The position numbers and the translations under genes were made by a program. Shown here piece by piece: positions 1-10,200 of a DNA stretch of 64,000 nucleotides. A model generated the notes under the pieces. That model was not told the DNA's origin. It did no database searches and saw only the letters and a program-made list of their open reading frames with translations. Position 1 is the stretch's first letter, and each line of letters opens with the position of its first letter. Source of the DNA: an uncultured Pseudomonadales bacterium (GTDB lineage: Bacteria > Patescibacteriota > Microgenomatia > UBA1400 > UBA12028); the NCBI GenBank assembly GCA_964509365.1, contig CAZDWN010000001.1, positions 11,074 to 75,073 of the forward strand. Reading direction: 5' to 3'.

Positions 1-5
1 AGCCG

Positions 6-452
6 ATGCGATTTGCGACACCAGGTGGGTACGTACCATCGCTGACTGGGATCGGAAAGATGAGTAAAAGCGTCGAAGGAAGTTTCATCAATCTGACTGA
101 TGACCTTGATACGATCACAAAAAAAATTCGAAGTGTCCCGACGGCAACAGAGGCGGGCGGAGAGAAGTCATCTGGTCTTGCCGCTTTGTTTGCGTTGCTT
201 GTGCTTTTTGATCACGAGGCTGTCGCCGGATACGAGAGCGCCTACCAAGACGGATCGCTGCGATTTGTTGAGCTCAAAGATCACATTGCCACGCTTATCG
301 CTCAAGAACTCGCTCCGCTGCAAGCCAAGCGCCGCGAACTAGAAGCAGATCCCTCCTATGTCGACGAAGTGATCCGCGAAGGCAATGCGAAGGCACGCGC
401 TATCGCGATGCAAACCTGTCATGAAGTCAGAGTGAAAATGGGGCTCGCGTAA
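6..452 (+). CDS. trpS: Tryptophanyl-tRNA synthetase, C-terminal part (5' end outside window)
   Basis: KMSKS motif (GIGKMSKSVEGSFINLTDD...KKIRSVPTA) and the C-terminal anticodon-binding helices typical of class I TrpRS. ORF runs to the window edge. Confidence 0.7.
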   Translation: MRFATPGGYVPSLTGIGKMSKSVEGSFINLTDDLDTITKKIRSVPTATEAGGEKSSGLAALFALLVLFDHEAVAGYESAYQDGSLRFVELKDHIATLIAQELAPLQAKRRELEADPSYVDEVIREGNAKARAIAMQTCHEVRVKMGLA

Positions 453-1040
453 ATGATGGAAGTTGATACTCAATCACTGGAACAGATTCGAACACATAAT
501 GCTGAAGTGCTATCCAGTGCCATAGACAGTTTACTTGCCCAAGTCCAAATTCTCGAACCGACTGTCAAGAGTAAGGGGATGCATGCCGATCTGTCTTTGA
601 TGCTGAAATCACGCACAGAGATACCTGTGACACTCGATCTTGATATTTCTGTCGATGATTTTGAAAAAGTAGGGATCGCTCTTCACATCATTTCACCAAA
701 AGATTCGACATCATATATCCTTGAATTCAATGGTGATTTCTTCATTCAACCAGCTACCGATTATCTAGAGAACAATGCCATCTATACGGTAGTGAAAGTC
801 GATCCGATGTTTAATGAAATTGGGATAGCCAGGACCATAGTCTCGCGCATCAACGAGATTCGTCGCTGCGTGTTTCGTACATTTCATGATCGACTTGGAG
901 TCGATCGCTACTTCGTCAACGCGATCGATTCAAGTAATGAAGGGAAGCCGGGATGGACTTCAAAACGACTCAGTGAGCTGAATTACAGACAGACTGACAC
1001 CACGCAGTTCCAACAGTGCTTCTATATCTTTCGCGATTAA
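453..1040 (+). CDS. hypothetical protein
   Basis: 195-aa ORF starting at the trpS stop. No recognisable motif. Confidence 0.4.
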   Translation: MMEVDTQSLEQIRTHNAEVLSSAIDSLLAQVQILEPTVKSKGMHADLSLMLKSRTEIPVTLDLDISVDDFEKVGIALHIISPKDSTSYILEFNGDFFIQPATDYLENNAIYTVVKVDPMFNEIGIARTIVSRINEIRRCVFRTFHDRLGVDRYFVNAIDSSNEGKPGWTSKRLSELNYRQTDTTQFQQCFYIFRD

Positions 1041-1041
1041 T

Positions 1042-1425
1042 TTATTCTCTTGCTCGAGCGTTGATTTGAGTCAACGTGCGTGGTGCTTCTCGGAAGACTT
1101 CTTGCGCTAGACGCCACGAAGTGAGGGCAGTACACGCAAGAAACGCAGCTGCCGCAATTTCTCCATGTGGCGCTTTGGCCGCTTCGGCAGTCATCAATCC
1201 AGAGAGAATTGACATAAATGAGTAGCCAAATACTGGAAGATCCAATGCGAGATCCTCAGTGGCACGAACGGCAGCACTTGGAGCAGATCTCACCTTTTGA
1301 GCAATGACGTCTCTTGCCCGGCTCGACATATCTGAAAGTCGCTCGAGAAACGTAGGCCCCGATGTTGAATCTTCAACTTCCCAGGGAAGGAGACCATAGT
1401 GGCGCTCGAGTGAAAGGTGGACCAT
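1042..1425 (-). CDS. hypothetical protein
   Basis: 127-aa ORF that fills the gap between flanking genes. Confidence 0.35.
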   Translation of the reverse strand: MVHLSLERHYGLLPWEVEDSTSGPTFLERLSDMSSRARDVIAQKVRSAPSAAVRATEDLALDLPVFGYSFMSILSGLMTAEAAKAPHGEIAAAAFLACTALTSWRLAQEVFREAPRTLTQINARARE

Positions 1426-1494
1426 ACCTCTCTATTATACTATAGGTCTTTTTGCTCAGGCAAGTGGAGTGAAAAAACTGTATAATGCAACCGT

Positions 1495-2481
1495 ATGAAA
1501 AAGTGGTCTGCCCCACTAGTTACCTTGAGCCTGATCTGGATGCTCTTCTCGAGTATTCTCGCAGTTTCCGTGCAGGCAAAAGGGGAAGTCCTTGGTATCC
1601 ATATTCTCGCTCCAGGCGAGATCGAGCGCGCCAACGAGCTACTGTCCCACGGTGACGATAAAGATAAGTTTGTGACTGTCCCGCTGACGCTTGCTGACCT
1701 CGAGAAGCGCACCGAATGGCAACATTTCTTCGATGAGGCTCATGATCTCAAGATTCATCCGATTATCAGATTTACCACTCGATTTGAAAACGGTGCCTGG
1801 ACGGTGCCGACTCGAGCCGATGTCGTCAAGATGACGTCATTCCTGACGAGTTTGGAGTGGCATCGACCTGAACTCACGGTCATCCTCTTCAATGAACCAA
1901 ATCATGCCTCAGAGTGGGGTGGACGACTGGATCCCGAAGGATATGCCACGCTCTCGATGTTTGCGTCACAGTGGCTTGCGACTGAGCCAAAGATCTATAC
2001 GATCTTGCCCGCGGCGATGGATCTGGCTGCTGACGGCAAAAATGGGACGATGGAAGCCTTTGCCTACTGGGAGCGAGTCCTGACGGTCGAGCCGACATTG
2101 CTTGAGCATTTTACCGCCTGGAACTCGCACTCCTATCCAAATCCTGCGTTCGCCGCATCTCCAGATCGCACGGGAAAGAATTCGCTTCGGGGATATGAGA
2201 CTGAGCTGGCATTTGCCAAGAAATACTCGCAAAAAGAATTTCCGGTCTATATCACGGAGACGGGGTGGAACCAAGAGCTGCTGACCAATCAGCGTCTCAA
2301 AGATTATTTTCTCAAAGCGTATGCCAAGATTTGGGGATCTGACAGTCGGATCGTCGCTGTCACTCCATTTTTACTGCAAGGCGCGCCAGGGACATTTGCT
2401 CCATTCTCATTTTTGGATAAAGATGGCAATCCGACGATGGCCTACGAAGTCTACCAAGATATTTTGAGTGGGAAAAACTAG
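1495..2481 (+). CDS. Secreted glycoside hydrolase, clan GH-A (GH5-like)
   Basis: N-terminal signal peptide (MKKWSAPLVTLSLIWMLFSSILAVSVQA). FNEPN motif (catalytic acid) and ITETGW motif (nucleophile) typical of GH5/clan GH-A. Confidence 0.6.
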   Translation: MKKWSAPLVTLSLIWMLFSSILAVSVQAKGEVLGIHILAPGEIERANELLSHGDDKDKFVTVPLTLADLEKRTEWQHFFDEAHDLKIHPIIRFTTRFENGAWTVPTRADVVKMTSFLTSLEWHRPELTVILFNEPNHASEWGGRLDPEGYATLSMFASQWLATEPKIYTILPAAMDLAADGKNGTMEAFAYWERVLTVEPTLLEHFTAWNSHSYPNPAFAASPDRTGKNSLRGYETELAFAKKYSQKEFPVYITETGWNQELLTNQRLKDYFLKAYAKIWGSDSRIVAVTPFLLQGAPGTFAPFSFLDKDGNPTMAYEVYQDILSGKN

Positions 2482-2711
2482 ACTGCTTCTGGGGCCATTG
2501 TTAGAAGTTCATCAATCGTATCAAAGATTTCGGCCCAAAATACTTGACCTAGTTTATCCGCAAGCGTATTTTGAGGATCCGCCATACATTCTAGTATCGT
2601 AACTCCGTGTTTCGTCTCTCGAGCTAGCATCGCTAAACCTATGCGATGGAAAATATCACTCTTTCGCTGATTTAGTTCTTTGTAGACATCGTACTTAAAA
2701 TGTTCACTCAT
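2478..2711 (-). CDS. hypothetical small protein
   Basis: 77-aa ORF exactly filling the intergenic gap. 4-nt overlap with the neighbour. Confidence 0.3.
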   Translation of the reverse strand: MSEHFKYDVYKELNQRKSDIFHRIGLAMLARETKHGVTILECMADPQNTLADKLGQVFWAEIFDTIDELLTMAPEAV

Positions 2712-2726
2712 TGTGCGTCAATTCTA

Positions 2727-3611
2727 TCACAACCCGTAGGACTTCAAAGGAGCGTTGCCGACGCGAGTACGATGGAGCGCGAGTCGATCTTCTTTGCATT
2801 GGATCTGGCCAGCTTCGGTCGTCACGGCGATGCTAAATCCTCGCTTTGCAAGTTCACTGATATCGCGTCCATTGTGAGTGCCGTACGGATACGCAAATAT
2901 CTTGACTGGTCCATAGCCGTGATCGTTGAGCTGCTGCGTGGCGATATCCAATTCTCGGTGAAAAAACTCATCATTTACTTGGGCGACATTTGCATGACTC
3001 CACGTGTGGTGGTCGACCGAGACTCCGCGGCCACTATCTTCTTTGATCTGTGACCACGAAAGATATCCAGGGTTTTCGACCAGTCCTGTCGGCACAAACA
3101 AATCCGAGACAAAATTGTGAGACGCGAGGACGGGTACTGCAAAATCATGGAAATCGACATACCCGTCATCAAAGGTGAGAATGATCGCTTTGGCAGGGAG
3201 TGCTTTGCCGGCATCAAAAAAGGAAGCCAGATCTTTGAGTTGGATCGGCGCATAGCCACGATCTGCCAAATACTGCATCTGGCTTGCGAAGATACTGCTG
3301 TCGACCGTCAGCGGAGCATGACCCTCTTGTTTGGCTTGCGAAAGTGGCTCCACATGGTGATACATCAGGATCGGCAGTTTGATGCAGTGATATCCCGAAG
3401 GCGGATATGGTTTTGCCGTCGGAGAGGGCGTCGGTGTCGCTGGTTTCACTATCAAATTTTCACTGATACTTTTTGCAAGTTTCGAAGTCGCAGGACTCGT
3501 CGCTACTTCATGTGAGAATGCACTCACCAGAAAAAAGACCGCACAGGCAGCGCTGATAATGATCGCAATGAGATAGAAAAGAGGGAGCGTGTCGTGTCGG
3601 TGCAAAGCCAT
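2727..3611 (-). CDS. Polysaccharide deacetylase (NodB homology domain), membrane anchored
   Basis: N-terminal TM helix. NodB motifs TFDDGY and HTWSH (His/Asp metal-binding). Confidence 0.75.
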   Translation of the reverse strand: MALHRHDTLPLFYLIAIIISAACAVFFLVSAFSHEVATSPATSKLAKSISENLIVKPATPTPSPTAKPYPPSGYHCIKLPILMYHHVEPLSQAKQEGHAPLTVDSSIFASQMQYLADRGYAPIQLKDLASFFDAGKALPAKAIILTFDDGYVDFHDFAVPVLASHNFVSDLFVPTGLVENPGYLSWSQIKEDSGRGVSVDHHTWSHANVAQVNDEFFHRELDIATQQLNDHGYGPVKIFAYPYGTHNGRDISELAKRGFSIAVTTEAGQIQCKEDRLALHRTRVGNAPLKSYGL

Positions 3612-3647
3612 AGGAGATTTTTCACAAAGATGATACCATGAGGTACT

Positions 3648-5345
3648 ATGTCAGCTACTCCGACTACAGTTGAGATACAGACACTTCATAATTGTATCAA
3701 ATCCCCGCCAATTGCATACTTCTGCGCTGAGTTCGCTGTGGATGAAAAACTTCCGATCTACGCAGGAGGCCTGGGTATCCTCGCCGGCGATGTCCTCTGC
3801 CAAGCGCATGAGGACGGGCGAAGTTATGTCGGAATTGGCATGCTCTATCACGGCGGGTACTTGCGGCAAGAAATATCCAAAGAAGCAAATATTCATACGA
3901 CGGAAAATCTAGACCCAATCAAGTCTGAGCTCCAGCTGGTCGTCGATCAAGGGAAGCCAGTGGTGATCACCGTGCCGATCCATGCACGTCAAGTCAAAGT
4001 CAAAGCTTGGGTGCAAATGATCGGGACCATTCCGCTCATTTTGCTTGATACCGATGTCGAAGGCAACGAAGCGCAAGATATCAAACTCTGTGATCAACTG
4101 TATGTAGGGGATAAAGAGCATCGATTCAAACAAGAAATGATTCTCGGGATCGGTGGAGCGCGGATGCTGAAGGCATTCAAAATCGAACCTAAGATCTATC
4201 ATCTCAATGAAGGACATTCCGCGTTGTTGACGTTTGAACTCGCCAAAGAGCGAGTGACCAACGGGAAGAACAAGAATATCCAAGAAGTGCTGGAACACTT
4301 GGGAAATATCGTCTTCACCAATCACACAGTCGTCCCTGCAGGCAATGATGTATTTTCAAAAGATTTGGTCATCTCGTATCTCTCCTCATTTTGTCTCGAA
4401 TTTCCAGTCGATCCGACGGTGTTGACGACGTTTGGCCTCATCCAAGATACGTCGCTGTTTTCACCGACGATGCTGGCATTGCGACTCGCAACCGTCAACC
4501 AAGCGGTGAGCAAACTCCATGCGGCGAAGGCGTTGGAGATGTGGACTGATCATCCGATGATCGGGATCACCAATGGAGTGCGACAGAAATTTTGGCAATC
4601 TCAAGAAATAGTCGACAGTCTACAGACTACAGATGACGAAAAATTGTGGGAAGCCCACAAAGCACGCAAGAAAAAACTCTTAGCGTATATAAAGACAGTG
4701 ACTGGCTTTGAGTGGCCAGAAGAAACCATGGTCATCACGTGGGCACGACGCCTCGCAAATTACAAACGTCCGCTCCTCTTGTTTGAGCAACTAGAGCGAC
4801 TCGAAGCGCTGCTCGCTCACGATCCGCCAGTGAGACTCTTGATGTCGGGAAAACCACATGCGCACGATGATGCGGCGCAAGAAAATCTCAAGAAAATTCT
4901 TGAGCTCGTCGGCAAGTACGACGGCAAGATCGTCTACCTTCAAAACTATAGTATTGATATGGCGCGGCATATCATGTCTGGAAGTGATGTCCTCCTCAAT
5001 ACTCCGATCCGCGGATTTGAAGCGTGTGGCACCAGCGGCATGAAAGCGAGTATGAACGGAGTGTTGCAATGCACGACGCTCGATGGCTGGACTGATGAAG
5101 TGAAGTGGGAAGGGATCGGATGGACGATCGATGACGCCAACGCAGGAAATACCCTGTACGATCACCTGGACAAAGAAATTGTCTCACTGTACTTCACGCG
5201 AGATGAGCAGGGAGTTCCCACGGAATGGGTGGCACGCATGCGCAAGACGATCACGATGGCAGTGCCTGCATATACTGCCAAGCGCATGCTCGAAGAACTG
5301 GATGCCAAAGTGTATTCACAGATAAAAGAGCAGGCGATCAGTTGA
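3648..5345 (+). CDS. glgP: Alpha-glucan (glycogen/maltodextrin) phosphorylase, GT35
   Basis: N-terminal YFCAEFAVDEKLPIYAGGLGILAGD. Pyridoxal-phosphate lysine motif CGTSGMKASMNGV. 565-aa short-type phosphorylase. Confidence 0.85.
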   Translation: MSATPTTVEIQTLHNCIKSPPIAYFCAEFAVDEKLPIYAGGLGILAGDVLCQAHEDGRSYVGIGMLYHGGYLRQEISKEANIHTTENLDPIKSELQLVVDQGKPVVITVPIHARQVKVKAWVQMIGTIPLILLDTDVEGNEAQDIKLCDQLYVGDKEHRFKQEMILGIGGARMLKAFKIEPKIYHLNEGHSALLTFELAKERVTNGKNKNIQEVLEHLGNIVFTNHTVVPAGNDVFSKDLVISYLSSFCLEFPVDPTVLTTFGLIQDTSLFSPTMLALRLATVNQAVSKLHAAKALEMWTDHPMIGITNGVRQKFWQSQEIVDSLQTTDDEKLWEAHKARKKKLLAYIKTVTGFEWPEETMVITWARRLANYKRPLLLFEQLERLEALLAHDPPVRLLMSGKPHAHDDAAQENLKKILELVGKYDGKIVYLQNYSIDMARHIMSGSDVLLNTPIRGFEACGTSGMKASMNGVLQCTTLDGWTDEVKWEGIGWTIDDANAGNTLYDHLDKEIVSLYFTRDEQGVPTEWVARMRKTITMAVPAYTAKRMLEELDAKVYSQIKEQAIS

Positions 5346-5360
5346 TCAGGAGATCAGTCC

Positions 5361-6152
5361 ATGACAATTCTTCAATCCATCATCTTAGGCCTGATCGAAG
5401 GCTTCACAGAATTCCTTCCTATCTCCTCAACTGCGCATTTGATCGTGGCGCAAAAGCTCATGGGTTTGGGGGAAGTGAATGAATTTTTTACGACCGTCGT
5501 CCAACTAGGTGCACTTGCAGGACTCATTTGGTTTGAGCGACGTAAATTGCTAGAGATCATATCAGAACTCCTCTCATCACTTAAAGATTTTTCGAGCTTT
5601 ACAAAGTCCAGAACATTTGCGATCGGCATCGCCACGATTCCCGTCCTCATCATTGGGTTTTTGGTACGCAAGCATGTCCATGAGCTTCAAAATAGTATTC
5701 CACTGATCGCTTTCATGAGTATCGCGATTGGTATTGTCTTGTTTGCAGCGCAAAAAATGGCAGGGAAAGAACCAAAAGAAAAAGTGGGGCTCAAAGCGCT
5801 CTTCGTAATGGGATGTTTTCAGGTGATTGCGATCATTCCTGGCACATCGCGCTCAGGGATCACGGCTGCTGGTGGCGCATTTCAGAAAATGACACTACCG
5901 CAAGCGTTGGAATATTCATTTTTACTTTCGATCCCGGCACTCCTCGCTGCCGGAGGATTTGAGCTGCTCTCAGCGATGAAGTCACATCCGAGTGGAGATG
6001 TCCTCATGATGACGCTCATCGCGTTTGCAGTTGCGTTCATCAGCGCGATCCTCTCGATCAAATTTTTGCTTGCCAGTGTGCGCAAAGTCGGCTTCGCCCC
6101 ATTTGTCATCTACCGAATTCTGTTTGCAATTGCCATTCTCATCTGGTTGTGA
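5361..6152 (+). CDS. uppP: Undecaprenyl-diphosphatase
   Basis: LGLIEGFTEFLPISSTAHL and PGTSRSG motifs of the BacA/UppP family. Polytopic membrane protein. Confidence 0.85.
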   Translation: MTILQSIILGLIEGFTEFLPISSTAHLIVAQKLMGLGEVNEFFTTVVQLGALAGLIWFERRKLLEIISELLSSLKDFSSFTKSRTFAIGIATIPVLIIGFLVRKHVHELQNSIPLIAFMSIAIGIVLFAAQKMAGKEPKEKVGLKALFVMGCFQVIAIIPGTSRSGITAAGGAFQKMTLPQALEYSFLLSIPALLAAGGFELLSAMKSHPSGDVLMMTLIAFAVAFISAILSIKFLLASVRKVGFAPFVIYRILFAIAILIWL

Positions 6153-6176
6153 TGTAATCCCTGCCCAAAGGGAGCT

Positions 6177-6557
6177 ATGTCATATCGAGCATTTGAGACT
6201 TTTCTAGAGCGACAACAGGCAATTCCACCAGAAACGGATAGTAATTCCAGCATCCTCTGCAAAATCCACGAGACGCTACTACGCATACCTGAGTCAAGAC
6301 GACTAAACTGGTACAAAATGCGTATCGCACTCGGAGAACTTGCACATGAAGAAGATTTTGGTCTGTGGATTGTCGATAAAAATCATCAAGATGAAAAGAA
6401 ATACCCAGAACTGAGTGGTCTACTCGCGGTTGTGATCAAAGACGAGACTCTCTTACTTTCTTTTATTGCTCAAGTAGATAGCGCCGGAAAACGATCAAAG
6501 ATACTTCGTGTGGAACGAGTGACTCCTGGGACTCCAGTCTTCCAGGGATTTTTATAG
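6177..6557 (+). CDS. hypothetical protein
   Basis: 126-aa ORF. No motif recognised. Confidence 0.35.
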   Translation: MSYRAFETFLERQQAIPPETDSNSSILCKIHETLLRIPESRRLNWYKMRIALGELAHEEDFGLWIVDKNHQDEKKYPELSGLLAVVIKDETLLLSFIAQVDSAGKRSKILRVERVTPGTPVFQGFL

Positions 6558-6604
6558 CAATGGGGCATCAAATTACTACTATAGGACGATTGAATGGAGT
6601 GCTG

Positions 6605-6979
6605 CTAGCTGCGCTTCGGACCATCAATTCGCTCCTCAGCGAGATGCTCTGGTCCTCGAGAAGGGTGACCGGAACGTCGCGATTGACCTGGTCGAGCACG
6701 CATGACAGAAGTGGGCGATTCTGGTTTTCCGATTGGATTGCTCGGATCGACGTCTGGATCAGCGAAAACTCTCTTGGAAGTCTTCTCCATTTCAGTGAGC
6801 GCAGCCGATGCGGTCGCAATATTTGCGAAAAATTGATATGCCTCTTTAAGCGGAAATCGCTCCGGATTCTCACCAAGTTCTTTTGCAAGCTTGTCTTTCG
6901 CTGCCAGAATCTCATCATCACTTTTACCCATAAATTCAGTTAGCTGTCCCATGATTTCAATAAATTTATCTTTGTGCAT
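6605..6979 (-). CDS. hypothetical protein (ambiguous: overlaps + strand ORF 6560-6943)
   Basis: 124-aa ORF with plausible composition. Coding strand not resolved. Confidence 0.3.
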   Translation of the reverse strand: MHKDKFIEIMGQLTEFMGKSDDEILAAKDKLAKELGENPERFPLKEAYQFFANIATASAALTEMEKTSKRVFADPDVDPSNPIGKPESPTSVMRARPGQSRRSGHPSRGPEHLAEERIDGPKRS

Positions 6980-7058
6980 CGTTGAGCCAGTATAGCAGAT
7001 GAATTATGTGATGGGAAAAAAACTTGCTATCGATATATATTTGTGAGAAATTCTACGT

Positions 7059-7436
7059 ATGAGTATACAAACGAAAAAGACGACTTTGACTCTCGACGAC
7101 ATCCAGATGATTGGGGAAGTCGTACTCGACTCAGAAAAAAGACTTCAAGGACAAATGGATGAATTGAAACTGACTGTTGCGACAAAAGATAATTTAAAAT
7201 CGATTGTGCAAAAAGAAGATCTCAAATCGATCATTGAAGACGTCGTCGGCAGAGTCGTAGAGGAGAAATTTAAGAGAGTGGTTGGTGACTTTCCCAAGCG
7301 TGAAGATTTTCATTCACGGATGGCAAGTCAAGCAAAGACAGTCCAAAAAGTGGATCAAGAACAAATCGTCCTCACCCATCAAGTTCAGATGCTGGATAAA
7401 CGAGTAACAATCCTCGAAAAAAAAGCATTTACATGA
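7059..7436 (+). CDS. hypothetical coiled-coil protein
   Basis: 125-aa, heptad-rich, charged. Confidence 0.4.
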   Translation: MSIQTKKTTLTLDDIQMIGEVVLDSEKRLQGQMDELKLTVATKDNLKSIVQKEDLKSIIEDVVGRVVEEKFKRVVGDFPKREDFHSRMASQAKTVQKVDQEQIVLTHQVQMLDKRVTILEKKAFT

Positions 7437-9000
7437 ATGCCGGGTCGGGATTTTCGTGCATGTGGCGTTTGCGAAGCTCAAGCACTTTTTTGTAGAGCTT
7501 TACATATTCTTTCATCGAAAAATCCCACGAGAAGTCTTCACTCATACAATTCTTCACGAGCGTCGCCCACAATTTTTTATTGCGATAGGTCTCGACTGCG
7601 CGTGTGATCGCGATCAGGAGACCTATCGATTTGTCACCAGTAAATGAAAATCCATTTCCTTTTTTGCTGGATGGATCAAAGTCATGAATGATATCGGCGA
7701 GTCCACCCGTGCGTCGCACGACGGGGACTGCTCCATAGCGCTGTGCCTCCAAAATGACGATGCCACCCGGCTCAAACAAAGAAGGCATGAGCATGATATC
7801 GGCGCCCGCAAATACCTTGCGAGGAAGTTTGAAATTTGCATACAGATGTACTCCCATTTGCTTGGGATAGCGCTCGCTTAGTGAGCGAAATTCGCTCGCG
7901 ATCTGCTGATCTCCACCACCGAGGATGACAAATTGCACACCGAGCTCTTCAAACAACTGAGGGAGTGCTTCAGCGATAAAGTGAAGTCCTTTTTGTTTGT
8001 CTAGGCGCCCAAGGAACGCGAGCATCGGAATGTCTGCATTTTGCTCGAGCCCAAATTCTTTTTGCAAGATGAGTTTATTTGCTTTGCGTCGATCGATGCT
8101 ATCGATAGAGTAGTTTTGAGAGACTAATGGATCCTTGGAGGGATCAAAGGTCGTCGTATCAAGTCCATTGATGATGCCCGAGAGTGTGCCCCGACGTCGC
8201 TGCAAAACTTTTTCCAATCCTTCACCATACTGTTGCGTCAGGACTTCTAGTGCATGTGTCGGCGAGACGGTATTGACCCAGTCCGAATGTAAGATCCCTC
8301 GCAAAAGTGCATTTTGACTTCGCAATTTATCATCATAAAAGTCAGCCAGTTTTTCTTTTCCTGAATCTTTTTTCTCTGGTGGCAAATACGCAAAATCCAT
8401 ATTTCCTTGGTAGCGGAAATTATGAATCGTGTGCAAGATGGGGATACCTTTAAACGCTTCTTTGTAGCGCTTGTCAGTGCGACAGAGCTCTGCAAAATAC
8501 CCGGAGTGCCAGTCATTGATGTGAATGACGTCAGGAATCCACCCCTTGGTCTTTTTTTCGACCAGCATCCATTCGAGTGCGGCTTTGCACATCAAATAAA
8601 ATCGTTTGTGGTCATCGGCATAACCATAGGCATTTTCCCGCAGATGAAAATACTCTCGGTTTTCGACAAAGTAGACCGTCGGTTTGGTCCGCTTGTAGAT
8701 GCGGATCGAACATTCGATGATCCCTGGATCACTTTTTCGTTTGCTTGAGACCGGCACTGGTAAATATTTGATGTACGGATGAGATTTATATTTTCTGGAA
8801 TTGATCTTGCCGTAGAGCGGTGTGAAGACGCGGACATCGTGATTTGCCTTGATCAGTGACTTACTCAAAAAATACATCACCTGAGACAAGCCACCAACGG
8901 GAGCAAACGGAGCCATTTCGGCCGATAACATCAATATATTCATAGGTGAGATACCATGATTGTACCACCTGGATGATATAGTAATACTTCGTATGGACAC
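7429..9000 (-). CDS. glgA: Glycogen/starch synthase, ADP-glucose type (GT5)
   Basis: N-terminus MNILMLSAEMAPFAPVGGLSQV (KxGGL-type glucosyl-binding). GT-B fold C-terminal EPGGIVILEAQRYGAVPVV. Confidence 0.85.
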   Translation of the reverse strand: MSIRSITISSRWYNHGISPMNILMLSAEMAPFAPVGGLSQVMYFLSKSLIKANHDVRVFTPLYGKINSRKYKSHPYIKYLPVPVSSKRKSDPGIIECSIRIYKRTKPTVYFVENREYFHLRENAYGYADDHKRFYLMCKAALEWMLVEKKTKGWIPDVIHINDWHSGYFAELCRTDKRYKEAFKGIPILHTIHNFRYQGNMDFAYLPPEKKDSGKEKLADFYDDKLRSQNALLRGILHSDWVNTVSPTHALEVLTQQYGEGLEKVLQRRRGTLSGIINGLDTTTFDPSKDPLVSQNYSIDSIDRRKANKLILQKEFGLEQNADIPMLAFLGRLDKQKGLHFIAEALPQLFEELGVQFVILGGGDQQIASEFRSLSERYPKQMGVHLYANFKLPRKVFAGADIMLMPSLFEPGGIVILEAQRYGAVPVVRRTGGLADIIHDFDPSSKKGNGFSFTGDKSIGLLIAITRAVETYRNKKLWATLVKNCMSEDFSWDFSMKEYVKLYKKVLELRKRHMHENPDPAFM

Positions 9001-9082
9001 TGAAAGTCTGGCGGATCAAGGTGAAGATCCTCCCAGCCCGTATCTCGGCACACATTTCGCATATCCTCTTATCGAAACTGTT

Positions 9083-9877
9083 ATGGCACCTACTGACAAA
9101 GAAGTCCTCACCAGCTCACAACAAAAAGAACGAGTGATCGCAGCGCTCGTCCTTGCCTCATGGTACACAAAGACAGGGCAGCTGTCGCTCAAATATAGTA
9201 TCGATGAGATTACGGACCTCTTCCGTACTGATTTAGAAGAGGCTGCAGAGAAAAGTAAAGTGATTCTCTTGGCACTCAAGCGAGAGTTTGCAGTGAGCGC
9301 ACCGGAATTAGGTATCGATGAACTTGTTTTCTTGAAAGTCGGTATCGGCGAAAAAGACTGGACAAAAAAGCAGTGCGAAGCGGTTTGGTATCAGGAATTT
9401 AATGAGATCTTTGATAACTTGGGAGTTACTGACGCTGCTGATCGCTATGAGTATTTGTTCTCGGGCCTCGGATATGAGACTTTGCGACTGTGTGTCGTGG
9501 TCTATGAGCGTGATTGGAATGAAGCCTTTGCGTATCATGAATTTCTCCATATCAAATTCAAGGGACTTTCGAATACGTTTTTTGACGAGATGGTGACGGA
9601 GGCTCTAGCCTATGCGAAATGCGGGTATGTCGATCTGACTAACTACAGTGTGAAATCGTACACGGAGCTCGATGACCTGCGGATCAACGTCGATTACTAT
9701 CACTGGCTCGAGTACTTCTTGCAGCTTTGTCATGATCATCCGTTGCTCTTCCCGTATCTTCGAAAACTCTATGAACATGGCGACGGGAGTGATACTGGAT
9801 TGGATCATGTCTCGGATATCATCGGGGAGGAAGAATATACGAGACTGCTTGCAGCCGATCCCAGTAAAAAGGAGTAG
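9083..9877 (+). CDS. hypothetical protein
   Basis: ORF 8960-9877. Start moved to Met42 (9083) to avoid overlapping the divergent glgA start. Confidence 0.4.
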   Translation: MAPTDKEVLTSSQQKERVIAALVLASWYTKTGQLSLKYSIDEITDLFRTDLEEAAEKSKVILLALKREFAVSAPELGIDELVFLKVGIGEKDWTKKQCEAVWYQEFNEIFDNLGVTDAADRYEYLFSGLGYETLRLCVVVYERDWNEAFAYHEFLHIKFKGLSNTFFDEMVTEALAYAKCGYVDLTNYSVKSYTELDDLRINVDYYHWLEYFLQLCHDHPLLFPYLRKLYEHGDGSDTGLDHVSDIIGEEEYTRLLAADPSKKE

Positions 9878-9879
9878 AT

Positions 9880-10200
9880 ATGGCATCAGATCAAAGCACT
9901 GTTGATTTTTTGAGTGAACAAATCGCGGGAGCGGGGAGGATCACCAGCCGCAAGATGTTTGGGGAGTATGCATTGTATTGCGATACCAAAGTCGTCGCGT
10001 TTGTCTGTGACTATGAGCTCTTTGTAAAACCTACCGACGCAGGAAAACAATACTTAAAGACTCCAGTCGAGCGACCGGCGTATCCGGGATCGAAGATGTA
10101 TTACTGGATCGATACCGAGCATTGGGATGATGAGGAGTGGATGAGTGAGCTTATCAAAGTCACTGCCGCCGCACTTCCACTTCCAAAACGGAAAAAATAA
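9880..10200 (+). CDS. TfoX/Sxy N-terminal domain protein
   Basis: MFGEYALYCDTKVVAFVCDYELFVKP matches the TfoX_N consensus (MFGgygly.dgk.Fa.v.dd.LylK). Confidence 0.55.
   Translation: MASDQSTVDFLSEQIAGAGRITSRKMFGEYALYCDTKVVAFVCDYELFVKPTDAGKQYLKTPVERPAYPGSKMYYWIDTEHWDDEEWMSELIKVTAAALPLPKRKK

Noticed and set aside
100-342. Alternative-frame ORF inside the trpS fragment
   Set aside because: The frame is incompatible with the KMSKS-containing TrpRS reading frame.
6560-6943. Plus-strand ORF overlapping the minus-strand ORF 6605-6979
   Set aside because: Only one of the two can be real. Neither has a motif. I kept the minus ORF tentatively.
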